The notes beneath the pieces were generated by a model that worked only from the letters and a program-made list of their open reading frames with translations, had not been told where the DNA came from and did not search any database. The translations under genes and the position numbers were made by a program. Positions 40,301-55,700 of a DNA stretch of 64,000 bases are shown piece after piece. Source of the DNA: the human T2T-CHM13v2.0 reference genome, Homo sapiens. The stretch's first letter is position 1, and each line of letters begins with the position of its first letter. The stretch is from assembly GCF_009914755.1 (NCBI RefSeq), contig NC_060941.1; one strand, written 5' to 3'.

Positions 40301-43300
40301 GAGCTGCATTTTTGGGACAGGAGCCATGGCTGTGTGTGCTGGTGCTGAAGGGAGGGTCTGCAGGGACGGCCACACGGATGGCTGTGTGTGCTGGTGCTGA
40401 AGGGAGGGTCTGCAGGGACGGCCACGCGGCTCTCGGGAGCCGTTTCCTGCGCTCGGGCTCTGCACCGGCAGGCTCCACGCTGAGGGTCCCTCCACATCCA
40501 CCCCATCGTGGGAGGGAGGCTCAGTGCTCTGCAGGGGCCTGAGCAGTCGGGGAGACACCCCCTGCCCACAGCCACCCTCTCTGGGCTATGTGGGAGGTGC
40601 CCACGTTTCCACGCCTTCCTCGTGGAGGGTGTGGCGGGCTGTCTGTGCCGCGGGGGTACTCGGCTGCACTGTGCACAGCCCTCACCGCCCAGTGCCGAAA
40701 TGGGAAGGCCTGACAGGGCGATGCGGTCTGCACCAGCTACATCTGCAGAAGTCCAGCACGATGCAGTTTATGCCTGGCAGTGATGTTTGTTTTTAAAATT
40801 AGTAAAACCTCATTAGTTATCAGAAGGCGTAACTATATGATGATTTTTTGTGGAGGGATTATTTCTACCTTTTGTGCAGAGAATGCCTGGATCCCTTCTG
40901 CCCCTTGGGGTCACATATTGCAGTGGGGACTGTGGTGCTCTGAGGGTTAAGTTGTTTCTGTCACCTGGAGGCTGCTTTTTCCTCAGGCAATTGGCGTTCA
41001 ACAAATGACAGGCTGTCTAGAGAGAAGGGTTTTTCAATTACATGGCTGGACCTGGGTTGCCAAAAGGAAGCCTCCTGGGGTGTGTTCTATACGCGACATG
41101 CATTTGCTGTGTGTAATTGGAACCATGAGAAAGGTTTTTGTTCAGAGCTATTGGATAGTTTCCTTATTTTAAACCTGTTGAATCTGGAAAGAGTTGTTTT
41201 TGAAATTTTTTTCTGATAATAACGTTATATAAAAGTTTATGGCAGAGGAGTTTCTGTTCCACACGCCCCTCCCCGAGCTTTGTGGTCGCCCAGGTGCCTG
41301 GCTGTCAAGGCTGGCCTGTCCCTTGTGTTCAGGGTCCCGAGATGTCAGAGCTGGCAGCCCAAGTCCTCCCCTTTATCCCGAGCAGGAGAAGCAGTCCTCA
41401 CTCCATTTTTCACCCCAGGGTATAGCAGCACCTACCACCCTGGGATGAATCAGAGCCAAGAGGCTTGGTTTTTCTGTTCTTGTTAAGGAAATTGATCATC
41501 TCACACCCTCTCAAGCTGTTTTACTTTGTGCAAATCAGATTCCTTTCTAGGGACCTGCGAGGAGAAACATCCTCAGCTTCTAGGACTCCCGGGGATGCCG
41601 TCAGCAGCCAGGCCTTGGCAGCTGCCGCTTCACCTGTGCTGGCGTGTGGGGCCCTGACGTCTCTTGCGGGTGTCATGGAGCAGGATTGGAGGTTTCTGAG
41701 CAGCAGGAGGGCAGGAGAAAGGCCCCAGGACTTTGCGCTGTGGCCTGGCCTGGAAGGAGGCTGGCTGGGCCCTTCTGGATGCCTGTAGCAGCACTGCCAC
41801 CTGGGCAGAGGCCCCAGAGGCCCCAGAGGCCGAGGCAGGCTTTGTTCTCTGCTGCTGGGACTCAGCCCTGCGGGAGCACAGGGAGGACAGCTGGAAGCCC
41901 AGCCCCTCTGTGGCTCTGTCCACAGCTGGGGACAGCAGTCCAGTGTGCACGGGCCACCCACAGCCCTCTCAGGAACTGGCCTCTTCTCTTTAAGACAGAG
42001 GAGTGCGCCAGGTGGGCCTCTGGCTGGACCTCCTAGGCCATCAGTTTTCCCAGCAGGAAGTGCTGATCAGACTGAAGGAAGGCCTGCGTGTGTGTGTTGG
42101 CCCAGATGCCTGTTAGTGGACGCTGTGTCTGCACAGCTGTCTCTGGGTGGCTGATTCATCCCAGCAGCTGACTACGATGGTGCTAAAGAGAACCATCTTA
42201 CACGGACTTGGGGACAGAAACCTGGGCTCCCCTACCGAGGTCAGGTCCTGGGGGTGTGGTGGGATCAGCTCCCCCAGCACCTCCGTGGCCTGGGGTGGGG
42301 GGGTCTGTGTCCTCCCTTGGGGGCTTCTCACAGGGCTGCCAAGCAGTGTCCAGGTGCATGCGTTGGGCGTGCAGGAGGCCTGAGGCCAGTGTCCATGCTG
42401 GCCACTGCCACTCGCGGTTGTCTGTTGGGAGTCGGTCTGTCCAGTGGATGAATAAATTGGGACTCAGCGGTTTGCACCCAGATGCCCGAGGCTATGGAGT
42501 TGCCGGGTGGTCGTGCCTGGGGCTGCCTGGAGTGGTGTTGCAGTGACTGTCCCTGGGGATCTGGCCTGGCAGGGATGCCACATTTGGGCAGCGCTTTCCT
42601 CTTGAAGGTGCCACAGCCTGTTAGTTTTGATGTGTTGGCCACGAACAGGCTGCCCTGTTAGCACAGAAAGTGAACGTGAGCAGTACGAGAAGGCTCAGAG
42701 TGGACTTTCCGGGGCAAACAACTGAGGGCCTTTTGGGCGTCACAGATTTGGTTTAGTTCGGATCGAGGTAATCATCTTGAACCCGCTTATTAGAGTCAGT
42801 GGCTTTTTCTGTCTCACAGCCGCCTTCTTGTTTGGTTTCGCGTCTCACATGCATTCTGTGATCCTCACTGACTTTTTAGAAGGAAAATGTTTGACATTTA
42901 CAAGAAGTGAGAGATACTCTTGCAAATCATCCAGCAGTTTCTGGTTTGCAGATTGATGGCAGCCCTGGCCTTTACCCTCAGTGCCTCCTGCCGGTGATGG
43001 TGCTGCCGGCTCTGACCTGTGTGAGGAGGGCCTTGGAGAGCACAGGTCCCCCAGGGGGAGGACTCCGGGAGGTGCTTTGCGGGAGGGAGTCATGGCCGAG
43101 AGAGGGAACGCAGAGCTGCCGTGTGTGGCCGTGCAGGGCCTTCCACAGTGAGTTGTGGGGTCCTGGGGGTGAGAGCTGGTGGTGGTCTGACCATGGTGGG
43201 AGGTGGTCCGGTCCTGTAGAGGCGTGGCTGCCGCAGTTGGGGCGGGCTCTGGGAATGGCGCGGTGTCTGGATGTGGAGGAGTGAGGAGGAGCCGGCCCTG

Positions 43301-44004
43301 AGCTGCACCCAAGGAGAGGGCTGGCCATGGCGGGGGCACCACACCGGAGGACAGCTCTTCTGTGGGCACTGGGCTTGAAGAAGCTGCAGCGCATCCAGGT
43401 GGGGTGTCCTGAGGAAAGGTGGCTTGGAGAGGGGTGGGCCCCTGCCTGGAGCCCTGGCAGGCTGGGGAGACCTTGGTGTCTGGCAGGGACCCCGGAATGT
43501 CCTGCTGCTCCCCCGGGCCTCTGTGTGCAGCGCCCTGCGTCGTGGCTGGGCTGAGAGGAGGCAGTTTCCCTAGCCCCTCACTCTGGCGAATTTCACATTC
43601 TTGATACCACGGTATCTTTGAACTTTCTATTTTGAGGAAAGTTCATTTTTATGTAGTTTTAGTAAGTGTATAAACGTAATAATCTTATTAAAAGTAATCA
43701 CCATATGTATATAAAATACACTGTGCAGAAACATCCATTTTTATTGCTGTTTATAGAGAATAAAAGATCCTTAGATGCAAAAAGTCAGAGGGGAAATTTG
43801 CATATAATATTCGTAGTCCTACAGTTGTTGCTTATGGTGTTTTGCCTAAGACCATTTCTAGGTGCATTTTTCTGGGAGATAATGTATCTGATGACAGTTG
43901 CATGTGCAGATAACCGGCCTCTCATGTATCCATCCCGGGAGTGCCTTTTCTCAGACTGTGTGTAGTGTTAGTGAACTTGATTGGTGGGTGTGAAGTGTAC
44001 AGAC

Positions 44005-44140
44005 GGCGTGTGCGTGGAGCGGGTCGTGTGCAGAGCCCCGAACGAGACCCTGGCGTGTGCGTGGAGCGGGTCGTGTGCAGAGCCCCGAACGAGACCCTGG
44101 CGTGTGCGTGGAGCGGGTCGTGTGCAGAGCCCTGAATGAG
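44005..44140. repeat. 47-bp tandem repeat (about 2.8 copies)
   Basis: ggcgtgtgcgtggagcgggtcgtgtgcagagccccgaacgagaccct. Confidence 0.9.
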
Positions 44141-44436
44141 GCCTTGGTGTGTGGGTGCTTCAGCGTGAGGGCCACCTGGGGAGGAGTGCTTATCTGGGGA
44201 GGCTGAGCTGGGTTGGAGGCTTGGGTGCTCCCCCTGGCTCCGTGGGTCTCCATTGCTGGCTTCATAGCTGTGTTCCGTTTTCTTTGTTCAGCAGTTGATC
44301 TCAAGTATTTATTCCAAAGCACTTGAAATACATGAACCTAATAAATCGAACAAATACAGTAAAACTTTAGCTTCTTGGAACATCCCCATATACTTTCACC
44401 ACGTCCTAAAATCCTCTCATGTCTATGTAAAAAATC

Positions 44437-44657
<221 letters not shown>

Positions 44658-45181
44658 TCACACTTGTGTGATGTCAGATTACCCATTAACCCACTTTTGA
44701 ATGGAGCTGGAAGGATAATCCACACCTACCTCGGATTTCTCTGCGTGGCTGTTTTGCATAGGAGCCCTGCATGGGTTATTCTTGAAGTCAGCACTGTAGG
44801 AGCCGTGGCCGGCTTTGCATTTTCATCCTGGTTCACCCCAGACCTGCTCTGGGCAGAGCCAGGCATCCCCTGGGACGCTCTGCCTTTGCGTGTCCACGAC
44901 AGTACAATTCCAGGCACTGCCTGGCATCTGCGTCTCTCCCTCCCCTGAACCAGGGGCGCCTCTCCCTCCCCTGAACCAGGGGCTCCTCTTCCTCCCTGCC
45001 TGGCAGGAGCTGCGTTTCCTTGAGTCTCCTCAGACTCGGCAGACCCCTGGGTGGTATCATGTGCTATTCTGAAGGAGCTTTTGCTTCATGGCACTTGAAA
45101 AAAATCCTTTCACTGGATCTGAGTTGGTGAGCATGCATCTTCCTTTCGTAGGTTTGTTTTCTGACCAGGCCGTGGGTCTAA

Positions 45182-45496
<315 letters not shown>

Positions 45497-45669
45497 TAGG
45501 CCCATTCGTCGAGGTACATTGGATGCGCCGTGCCCCCTGACGGCGCCGTGTGTCGTTTCCTCCATGAGAGGTGTGCACAGCAGATGCTCGTGAAAAGGTG
45601 AAATTACTTGGCCAGAGGATCTGTGACAAAGCCACCGCTTGGAGGTCAAGCTCCTTTTCTGTGGGTGAG

Positions 45670-45837
45670 CAACCAGAGCAGAAGTGTGTGGAGGAACATT
45701 CTGGAGGTCTTGGCCACCCTGCAGGCAGTGGATTCTTGGGCGCAGGTGATCGACAACCAGAGCAGAAGTGTGTGGAGGAACATTCCGGAGGTCTTGGTCA
45801 CCCTGCAGGCAGCGGATTCTTGGGCGCAGGTGATCGG
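45670..45837. repeat. Tandem duplication, 2 x about 84 bp
   Basis: caaccagagcagaagtgtgtggaggaacatt...gcgcaggtgatcg twice. Confidence 0.9.
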
Positions 45838-47939
45838 CACGCTGGGTGGCGTGGGAGGAAGCAAGTGGGGCACGGGAATCGCCTGTGCGTGCTCCCTGCG
45901 GTCGTGGGTCTTGGCGAGAGGCGAATTCTGTCTCTATCTCCTTTCAAGTTCCTCTGGAATACAGCAGGCATGTTGGACATGGCAGTCTTCAGATGGTGTT
46001 TGTTTTTGTTGAGGAGCTGGATTTTGTGTTTTTGTGGACCAGCACTTGAGAGAATGTTCAGTAGCAATAGCCTTCGCTGGCATGCCTGATGTCAGCTCCT
46101 CTGAGATGTAAGTGAACACTTCAGAACCTCTGGGAGGTAGGGAGACACTTTTTCCCTCTGGCTTCCTGATGAGAAAACTGAAGCCAGCAGGTTTCATGGG
46201 ATCACCAGAACCCCAGAAGCTGTGCGGCCTGTGGCGGGCGGGGCTCCTGCCTCGGTGTCCAGTGCGCGCACCCAGCTGAGCCCCGTAGTGGTGTCCTGTG
46301 CCAGGGACTTTCAGGATCTGATACTTTTTGCTTAGGAAACATGCAAAACAGATGTGTCCCCAGCGCAGGAAACGATTCAATTCAATTCAACCGTGTGCGC
46401 TGGTTTTGTACACTGCTTTTGGACTGAAATGAGTTCTTTTGTGCTGAAGAAGGCAGGTGCTTCCTTTCTTGTTGTGCATGAAGGAGCTGGAGGCGGGACA
46501 CCGAGGAAGGCGACTCAGTGTCACTGTCGGTCATGGGTGTGTGAGCCCACGGCTGAATCATCACAAGGTTTCACACCCGCACTTCACCTGACAACTTTTA
46601 CTAGGAAAATGAACTAGGGAAACTGACTTCAGAATTATGCCCAAGTCTTAGAAGCTCCTCCTGCAGCTGTTCAGGAGCCGAGCGTCCCCTGCTCACTACA
46701 AGACGCCTGAAGGGGTCATGGGATGCAGCGTCTGAAGCTTCCACCTGGAAGTGCACTGCTCCTTTTGGTCTGGGCGGGGCGGGGCGCCGGTGGCAGATGC
46801 CCCTGGTGGCAGGCTCAGGCTACTGTGCTGGGTCCCCTCTGCCCCGCACGCCCCGCGAGCACCAGCAGGGCCTCCCCGGCATGTGGCGGGGCCAGCGTTG
46901 GCCTGGGGCCCGCTTGGCTTTGATCTCGTGGGGCTTCGTCTTTTGGACGTCCTGGGTGCGCCTCCACTGTGGCTCCTGGGTTCCCTCACGCACCCGGGTG
47001 TAAGCGCCACTGCCTGTGTCCGACAAGCAGCTCGTTGTGAGGCACACGCTGGTAAGCAGCTCGTTGTGAGGCACACGCTGGTGTAGGCTCCGAAGGGTCT
47101 CGGTGACAGGCGCTTTTCTCTTGTTCCTGCCCACTGCTGTTCCATCTTACCAAATACTCAGTAGCGTCCGGAGAGGGACCTCAACCCGGTTACTTCCCTG
47201 GGTGTGCAGCACGTGGCCAGCGTCTCATAGTCTAGATTCTTGCATCAGAGCGAAGCCTGAGAGGAGCCGAGGGTCCTCCTCCTATCCAGGGAGACCGTGT
47301 GTTTCCCGAGGCAGCTGTGAACACGCACGTCCCTCTTGTCCTGCTCCTCTTCGGAGGAGAACAGCGCGGCTGGAGGGTGCTGGTGCTGGCCAACGTGTTA
47401 TGGAGAGTGTGGCTTACCTGAGGCCAGGGAGGTCTGGGGTGGCTGAGAGCGGCTGTGGCCTCTGTCTGCTGCTCTCCCCAGTGGCCACTCTGGCAGCGCT
47501 GCTGGGCAGGGGCTTGGCTGCTGGTGGTCTTCAGGGAGCAGTGCCTTGCAGAGTGGAGCAGAGAAGACGGAGAGGTCCGGCTTTAGGCCCCTGCCGAGCT
47601 CCTGAGGCCCTGCCGCGTGCCTGTGCCAGCCTGCAGCGCTGCTGTCTGTGTGCGGGAGCTCTTGTGTGTGATCAGCCTCAGGAAAGGCTCTTCCTGTTAC
47701 TTCCTTGTGCTGCTCCTGCACTTCTAGGAAGTTGATCCTGTAACTAGGAAGTGAAAGCAAAAAAATGTATCTTTCTTATTGTTGATAGGAATAGTCACAG
47801 AACGAGAAAACTTCCTTACGTTGATATCTCATTCAGTTTCCTTAGCAACCCTGAGAGGTGGGCAGGGGCCACCGTCATTCTGGTTTCACTGAGGAAGTCA
47901 GGACAGCACTGAAGACACCTGTCCAGCACCTTGTGCTGA

Positions 47940-48168
47940 CGGCTTCCCAGCCAGGCCCATCACCTGGTGGCCGAAGGCTTCTGAGCCAGGCCCATCACCT
48001 GGTGGCCGACGGCTTCTGAGCCAGGCCCGGCACCTCGTGGCCGACGGCTTCTGAGCCAGGCCCGGCACCTCGTGGCCGACGGCTTCTGAGCCAGGCCCGG
48101 CACCTCGTGGCCGACGGCTTCTGAGCCAGGCCCGGCACCTCGTGGCCGACGGCTTCTGAGCCAGGCCC
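47940..48168. repeat. 35-bp VNTR (about 6 copies)
   Basis: Unit ctgagccaggcccggcacctcgtggccgacggctt. Confidence 0.9.
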
Positions 48169-51100
48169 GTCTGGGCAGCAGCTCCCAGGCCCTGGCCCGG
48201 GGCTCAGCGCTGCCTCGTGGCTGAGAAGCTCCTCACCACCTGCTGTGAGGCCGTGGAAAGACCCTGAATGCAGACGTGTGACGGCTGCAGCTGCATCTGG
48301 CCCCTCAGATGGTGGTTCCCCTTTCATGGTGAAAATCCTCACGGATTTCCTTTTCAGCCTCATATTTTGTCTAAGAGCTGTCAACATCACTGAAACCTGG
48401 GCCTGCCCTTCATCCTGGGGAGGACTCCCTGGTCCAGTGTCACAGGAGGAGTCGGGCCAGGGTTGAGGGCTGGCACAGGACATGGGGGTGAGACGAAACC
48501 TCCACTCACCTGGGAGGGTGTCTAGGTGGGCACGGAACCCAGGGTCGTGTATGGGCCATCACTCATGGGTTCTCTGTTTTGGGGGAAAGCTGATCCCACT
48601 GGAGGGTGACTGTAATGAGAGTCTCCAGATCAGGTGCCGACTTTGGAGAAATGCAGGTGCAACTGTCCGAACAAATCAAGTCCCCGCTACTGGACGGGGC
48701 TGGCAGCTCAGCTGGGGCCGGAGAGAAAAGTCACGAGCAAGAAAGTTCTTACCTAAGGTCCTGGACAGGCAGATACATAACTTCTGCCTTTGGCAACGTT
48801 AGATGTCATCGTTCCAGAGTAAAATACCTATAAAAACCTGCCGATGCGCGGGGAGCCTGGCCTTGGTCTGGGTGTGGAGGGCTGGGGGCCGGCCGGTCGG
48901 TAGGTCCTGGTGCAGGCGGGCCCCGTGCTTCATGGAGGTTGGCGCCGCTCGGTGGCCTGCTCGCTTATTCTTAGGCCTGATTCACAGAGGCTGGGGCCAC
49001 TCAGTGATCTGTTCGCACGTTCTCAGGCATGAACCTTCAGGGCTGGACTCCTGTTCTTTTGTGCAGTTTCCACAGGGGACCCTCTTGCTCCAGGGTCATC
49101 TTTCTCACTTTGAAGCCCCTTGAGCCGCCCCTGCACAGCCTCCTGTTGGCCCCGTGAGGGTCCTGACTGGGGCTCCTCTTTTGGAGCAGCTGCCACGTGT
49201 GGACCGGCACGGGCATGGTCGTGGTCTGCCCAGCTGGGTGTGGGGTTGAGCCCATCATGCTGTGGGGTGCTCCCTGGGGGTTGTGTGTGTGTGGGTCCCA
49301 CGGTGGGAGGTGGGGTTGGGGTGAGTGTGACTTCTGTCTGGGGCATGTTGGGTGGGCGTGCAAGGGGGTCCTGGGACTCCTGAGTTTCTCAGGCCTGAAG
49401 GACTGTAGGACGCACTGTGGGCTGCAGGCTTGAAGAAGGATGTGAGTTTCTGGAGTAGCCTGGACTGCACAGCCAGGGCCTCCCCGGCATGTGGCGGGGC
49501 CAGCGTTGGCCTGGGTCCCACTTGGCTTTGATCTCGTGGGGCTTTGGTTTTTGGAGGTCCTGGGTGCGTCTCCACCATGGCTCCCGGGTTCCCTTGCGCA
49601 CACCGAGCCAGCAGCTGCTGGGGCCTCAGGGCTCGCAGCTCACAGGCTTCTGACGCCTCAGCCTGGAGCTGGCGTTGTGCCCCTCGCCCCTTTACCTGTG
49701 CCATCCCGGCCGCAGACCCAAGGGTGCCCTTGGAGCCGTGCCCGCCGGCCTGGGTGTCAGGCTTGTCCAACGGGTTCTTAGAGAACCTGGGCCCCATCCC
49801 TCCTTGGCCCACGCAGACTCCAGGCATCCGGCCGGGCGGGCTGTGAGTCAGGCTGCACCAGGTGAGCGTGTGGGATGCTGCTGGTGCGAGCCTCCCTGCC
49901 CAGGAGCCCTGCGCACCCGGGTATCGGTTGGGGTGTGCCCTTCCAGATCTCCCTCCCTTGGTTTGTCATAGGTGACCACATTTTAATTACCAGCTTTTAT
50001 GCCCGTCAATTTGGGAACGTGATACAATCTTGATTTCTCTAACTTTCACAAGTTCTTCGGTGGGTCCTGTAACAGTGGGTGCTTGGGATCAGAGCATCAG
50101 AGTGGAATTTTCGCAGGGAAATGGAAATGCCTGATCGAGCTGGGCGGTGGCAGCAGCCGCTCCTCACTCTTCAGGTGCCTGGCTCTTCTGAGAGTCAGTT
50201 CGGGGGTTTAGTGGCTCACTTTTTCTAATTGGTTCCTAGCTTTTTGCTAAAGAAACTTGGATTAACTGTTCTTTTGCCTCATGGTGTGAATTTATACTGT
50301 TCCTGTTTTATAAATACCAGAAGGAGCTTCGTAGGTAACTTTTACCATGTGTTGAAGGTAGCATTGGTTTTGAAAACCTGATTTCCTCAGTGTCGCACAC
50401 GGGTAGCTTAAGAGGTGGGATAATTGTTGGAGTAGTGAATGGATTTCCCTGAGAAGCCAAGTGCAATTTAGGGGCAGTGACAGTGCGAAGTTAAAGTGGG
50501 ACAGAGTGGTTATGTGTTATCTGCAAAATCCCTCCTAACCAGTAATCACAGTCTAATTTGCAAGAAGGAAAAGAAAGCCGAGCCCTACGCTGCTGCTGCT
50601 GCCATTGTGCGTCCAGTGATTTCCTCACCTGAAACTCTTTTGTAAGCAGCTCGTGTTGACATCAGCTCCGCCCAGGCAGCCACGGGGCCCTCCCCTGCCA
50701 GGGGGCAGCCTCTGACTTTCGGCCTCCACCTCGAGCAAACCTGCTGAGCGGCGCGGCCCAGGGAGGATCCGCCGAGGCCTGCAGATCCGAGATCTCTTCC
50801 TCGGGGGCAGGATTGTCCTGGAAAATCAGGAAATGGCAGGCATTGCTCAGAGCTACGTCTTGTTCTCCCTCACCGGTGTTGCTCAGTGGCACAGCTTCCA
50901 GGGGAAGACAACACGTGTTTTTCAAGAAAAGTTAAGTGGCCATTACCGAGCAGAGTCCTAACCCTGTGAAACCCGGCAAATCCTGCCTCCACGTCAGCTC
51001 AGGTGTGACTCGAAAGCACTTAAAAAATTCTCGTGTTTTACCACTGTGTTGATTAGTGTGAGCTTTGGTTCTTGGGGGTTAGGAAAATTCAGCCATAGGC

Positions 51101-52500
51101 AGGTCCGATATGATTTGCAACTTTCAAAAAACAGGATGGCTAAATAACAAATTACTAGTCTGATATTTTTTAAATGTCTGACTTTCAAATGACACAGAAT
51201 TATTGTTTCTTAAGGTAAAAACAGTGTATTTGGCTTTTTATTGCTATAAAATATTATATAAATAAGAAAACTTGAGCTGGGGTGAGGTCTGCACTTTGCT
51301 GTACCTGCCGAAAATGAGGTGCCTGGAGCTTGGGACAAGTCGAGGCGTGCACTTCCCCTTGACTCGGACAGGAAAGAGAATCCCTTTCTGTTTGACACAG
51401 ACCATTTCTCTGTGTTGGGAAATCCTGGTGAAGTATCACATAAACTTCTCCAGCGAAAGCAAACGGGCGAGGACACCTAGGGCACGTTTCAGCGCAGACA
51501 GGCCGGCCCTTCTCGCGGCCTCGCAGTGTCTCTCTCCAGGTTCCCGGGGATGGTAGATGAACGTGGTGACTCACTCAGGGTGTTCCTGCGAAGGGAAACT
51601 GAGAGGCCCACGTGGGACGTTGGGTGTCCTGTTGGAGTAGTCCTTTAGGAAGGAGCTTTTATATTTATATTTAACTAGCATCATTAAACCTGTTTGTATT
51701 TATTTCTCGATGAGCCAGTTTTGTTCTGAGAATGAGAAAATAGAGCCGTTTTAATAAATGTCCAAATCAGGACAGTGTTAAATTTGTTGTAAGTCCATAT
51801 ATAGTTGATTGGTCGAATTAACTTGGGAGTCTGTGTTTAGTTAAAAACAGCGTTTCTCAGGCGTTGCTGTATTTTCTGTGAGGTTCAGTAAAATATACAC
51901 GCAACAGCAACCATTTTGACTTCTCATGGCAGGAGCCAGCTTCGTTGAAGTGGGCCAGGCTGAAGTGAGGTCAGCTTTGCCTGCTGCAGCCCTGTGGTCT
52001 GTGTCCAAATTGCTGAGTACTGCCGGGAGAGGGAGCCGGGAGTGCCTGCGTCTCCTGCTGTCAGCCGGTCTGACTGCCTGAGCGGAGCTGTTGAAGTGGA
52101 CTGAACAACAGTAACCTTAGAGGGTTAGACTTGGTGAGGATGGTAGATGATTTTAAGTTTCTTCTCTTTTTTCCATTCTTTCTTCATTAATCAATGTTCC
52201 ACACTTTAAATATAGTAATTTAAACAAATAACACATTTCAAGAATTCAGTGTAACATGTGACCTTTCAGTAGTATTGGCTGGAGCCGGCGGCAATAAAGA
52301 TAGAAGCCTGTGTTCCTCTTGTGGCAAATGTTAAAGGAAACCAGAAATTCTTGATTCATATTTTTCCCTAGAACACGTGGCTTTACAGGTTTCAAAAAAT
52401 GAAACTCTTGTTCATATGGTAAATATGACACACATTTCTATGCATTCTGAAAAGATTTAGAATAAACTGCCATTTGTTGTTAAAAATAGCAGTTATATAA

Positions 52501-52795
<295 letters not shown>

Positions 52796-55700
52796 TTATA
52801 TAACTTTTAGTTATTAGAAGATCACATTCATATGTCTTGATCAGTTTAATGATTTCTAAGATATCATTAACAAAAGCCATTATGATGTATTGAAATAGGA
52901 TTGATCTTAAAACGTTCGTGCTAATGTAACGTGAGTTCCCTTTAATTTTAAACCAGTATTTTTCTCTTCTTATTTAGGCTATAGTTTGTTATAAAGAGTA
53001 TAGAGAGGAAAATGGAGTGCTTTTCTGTTCATAGAGTTTTTCTGAAATTAAAGTCAAAATTTTCAGTTTCAAGTAGTGAAAGCAGTGTTAACAGAAAGTT
53101 TCCCAGATACTAATCCTGGGTCTTTTAAGATCTTTAGATAATTAGTTGCTTTCCAAAATAGCTTTTAATTCTGAACTCATTTTAGACTTAAAGAAGAATT
53201 GCAAAACCAGTGGAGTTCTTCTAGACCCTCCACAGCATTCTCCGATGTGAACATCTCACATTTGGAAGCCAGGAGGTGCAGTGTGGGATAAAGGCCACTA
53301 ACAGGCTGGTCTGCCCGGGACCCCGCATGGCATCTGGTGGTCCTGTGCCCTCAGCCTCCTCTGCTCTGTGAGCTCCTCAGTCTTTATCTTTCTTGATCTT
53401 GGGGCACTTAAAAAATAGGTTTTATTGAGATGAATTCACTTGCCATAAAATTCACCCCTTTAGGGTCCACAGTTCAGTGGTTTTTAGTGTATTCTCAGAC
53501 TTGAGGAGACCTCACCCCAGACAGAAGCCATGTGCACCAGGTCCCGTCACCCGCTCTAAGCCTGGCACTGCCAGCCTGCTTTCCGCCCCTGTGGATTTGA
53601 CCCTGAGACCTCCAGAGACGACTGGCCAGATGTTCTGTAGGACGCCCCTCTCTCTGATGCTTTCTCGTGTGTTACTGGAAAGAGTGATGTGAGGTGACCT
53701 GCCCTCCTCCGTGTGCTGTTGGGCCCATATAGTGCCCCACAACGGGTCCTGCGTGGTCTGGACCTTGATCCCTGGTCAAGATGGGGCCTGCCAGGTGCCT
53801 CCACTTGAGGAGACTGTGTTTTCCTCTGTAACTAGCAGTGTTCTTGTGGGGTACTCGAAGGTTATGCAACATCCTGCTGTTTCTCCTTTGGTTTTCACCC
53901 CATCCGAGCTCTGTCCAAAGACCTTGTTGTGTGGTCTGGTGGTGGTTCCTGTGTCCCCACCCCGACGTTCAGTGATTGCAGCTTGTTCTTAAGGAAGGCT
54001 CGTTCCTCTCCCAGCTTTATTTCATCATTCGCTCCTGCCAGTGTGGACTCATGGGTGCTCATCCTGTTTGGGGGTTATCATCTAACACTATTGTTACTAG
54101 TTTTGTTTGAGTTATAATCTAACACTAACTATTGTTATTAATGTTGCTCAAATTGCTCCAGCTTTGGCCACTTCAGGTTGGCTTCTGTGTCCTTTCAGCA
54201 AGATCCTGTTCTTTTTTTTTTTTTTTTTTTCTTTTTTCCTGAGCCTTTTTTCTTTCCTTCTGGCACCACAAGATGCACCTGGCTTATCTTTTTGCCCCTG
54301 CCCCAGCCCTAGCATCCACCACTTCCCAGGAGTCTCACATCCTCTCGGTGGAGAACAGTATTTGGAATCCAGGACGCCGGGCTTGGCCTCAGCTGCCTCT
54401 AGGTCCCCTCCCTCTGTAGCTGAGTGTGTGCCCCTCTTCACAGTCCATGTTTGCACAGACACCAGCTCTAGCCCAGCTTCCTCCTGGCCTCCCTTCGTGT
54501 GCCGCTTCTGGGCCTACTGTGTAGCACGCTCTGCTGCCGTGCGTCTGCCGTCATGCATCTGACGTGATTTTGGAGCTGCCAGCCCACACCTGTGTGAGCA
54601 ACAGACTCACCACTCAGGGTGGGACGCTCTGTGCATCCTCCTCACCCTGGGCATAGCGTTGCCAGGCCATCGCTCGGGTGAGCCCTTCTGGTGCTGCTGG
54701 TCTGGGATGCAGACAAGTCTGCCGGTTCCCTCTGTGCTGGTCCGGGATGCAGACACGTCTGCCGCTTCCCTCTGTGCTGGGCTCCCCAGGTCTGTGATTG
54801 TTGCTTCTTCAATCTGCATGTGGTTGTGTTCTACAACTCAAGCACCAAACAGGACAGTCCGTCTCCCCCAAAAACTCCCCAGTCTGCTCCCCAACCCTGG
54901 GCCAACATTGGTCTGATTTTGGTCCTGATAGTTTACCATTTCTGGAGTGTCTTATAAACGGAAATAATCAGTAGGCTTTTCATTCTGGCTTCGTTGACTT
55001 GGCACAGTGCCCTTAAGACTCATCCCAGTGATCTTTCCTTTTTTTTTTTGGAGTGGTGTATTGTTGGACGGACCTGGCGGTCACAGGCCTACCTGTCTCC
55101 TTGGGTGTCTCCAGTCCTTTCTGGAGGCTCAGGGGGGCTCAAGGGAAGACTCTGCTTCCCTGCTTGAGTTGCCCGCATTCCTTTGCTCATGGGCTCTTCA
55201 TCTACCTTCACAGCCAGCCACGTCCACGTCTCGCTTCATCCTTCACGTACCCTATGCCTGTGGTCCTTTCTTCTGCCTCCTGTGTCTGTCCTTCCTTCTT
55301 CCTTCCTGTATGTATTTATCTCCTTACCTGTCTACTTATCAGTCTGTCTAGATGGGGTCTCGCTGTGTTGCCCAGACTGTACTCAAATTCCTGGGCTCAA
55401 GGGATCCTCCTGCCTCTGCCTCCCACAGACAGATGGAGCACAGGTGTAGCCAGGGCCGCTGGTGTGTACCACTGTGTTCGGCACCCGCTGGGCTGCAGGA
55501 GTAATCCAGGGCCCTCTCCCCATCTTAGGGTCAACTGATTGCCAACCTTAATTCCCCTTTGTCAGGTAAAGGAACATGTTTGAAGTGGGACACCCTTATC
55601 TTTGGGAGTGGGTATTATTCTGCTGAAGACAAGGGTGGGGACAGATATGCTGTGACCAGGGTAGTTGGGCTTATGACTTTGTTGTTGTTTACGTGGAGGA

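Noticed and set aside
49980-52480. AT-richer repeat-free block as a possible unannotated exon or ncRNA
   Set aside because: No convincing ORF, splice pair or RNA-family motif; may be an enhancer, but I cannot support that from sequence alone
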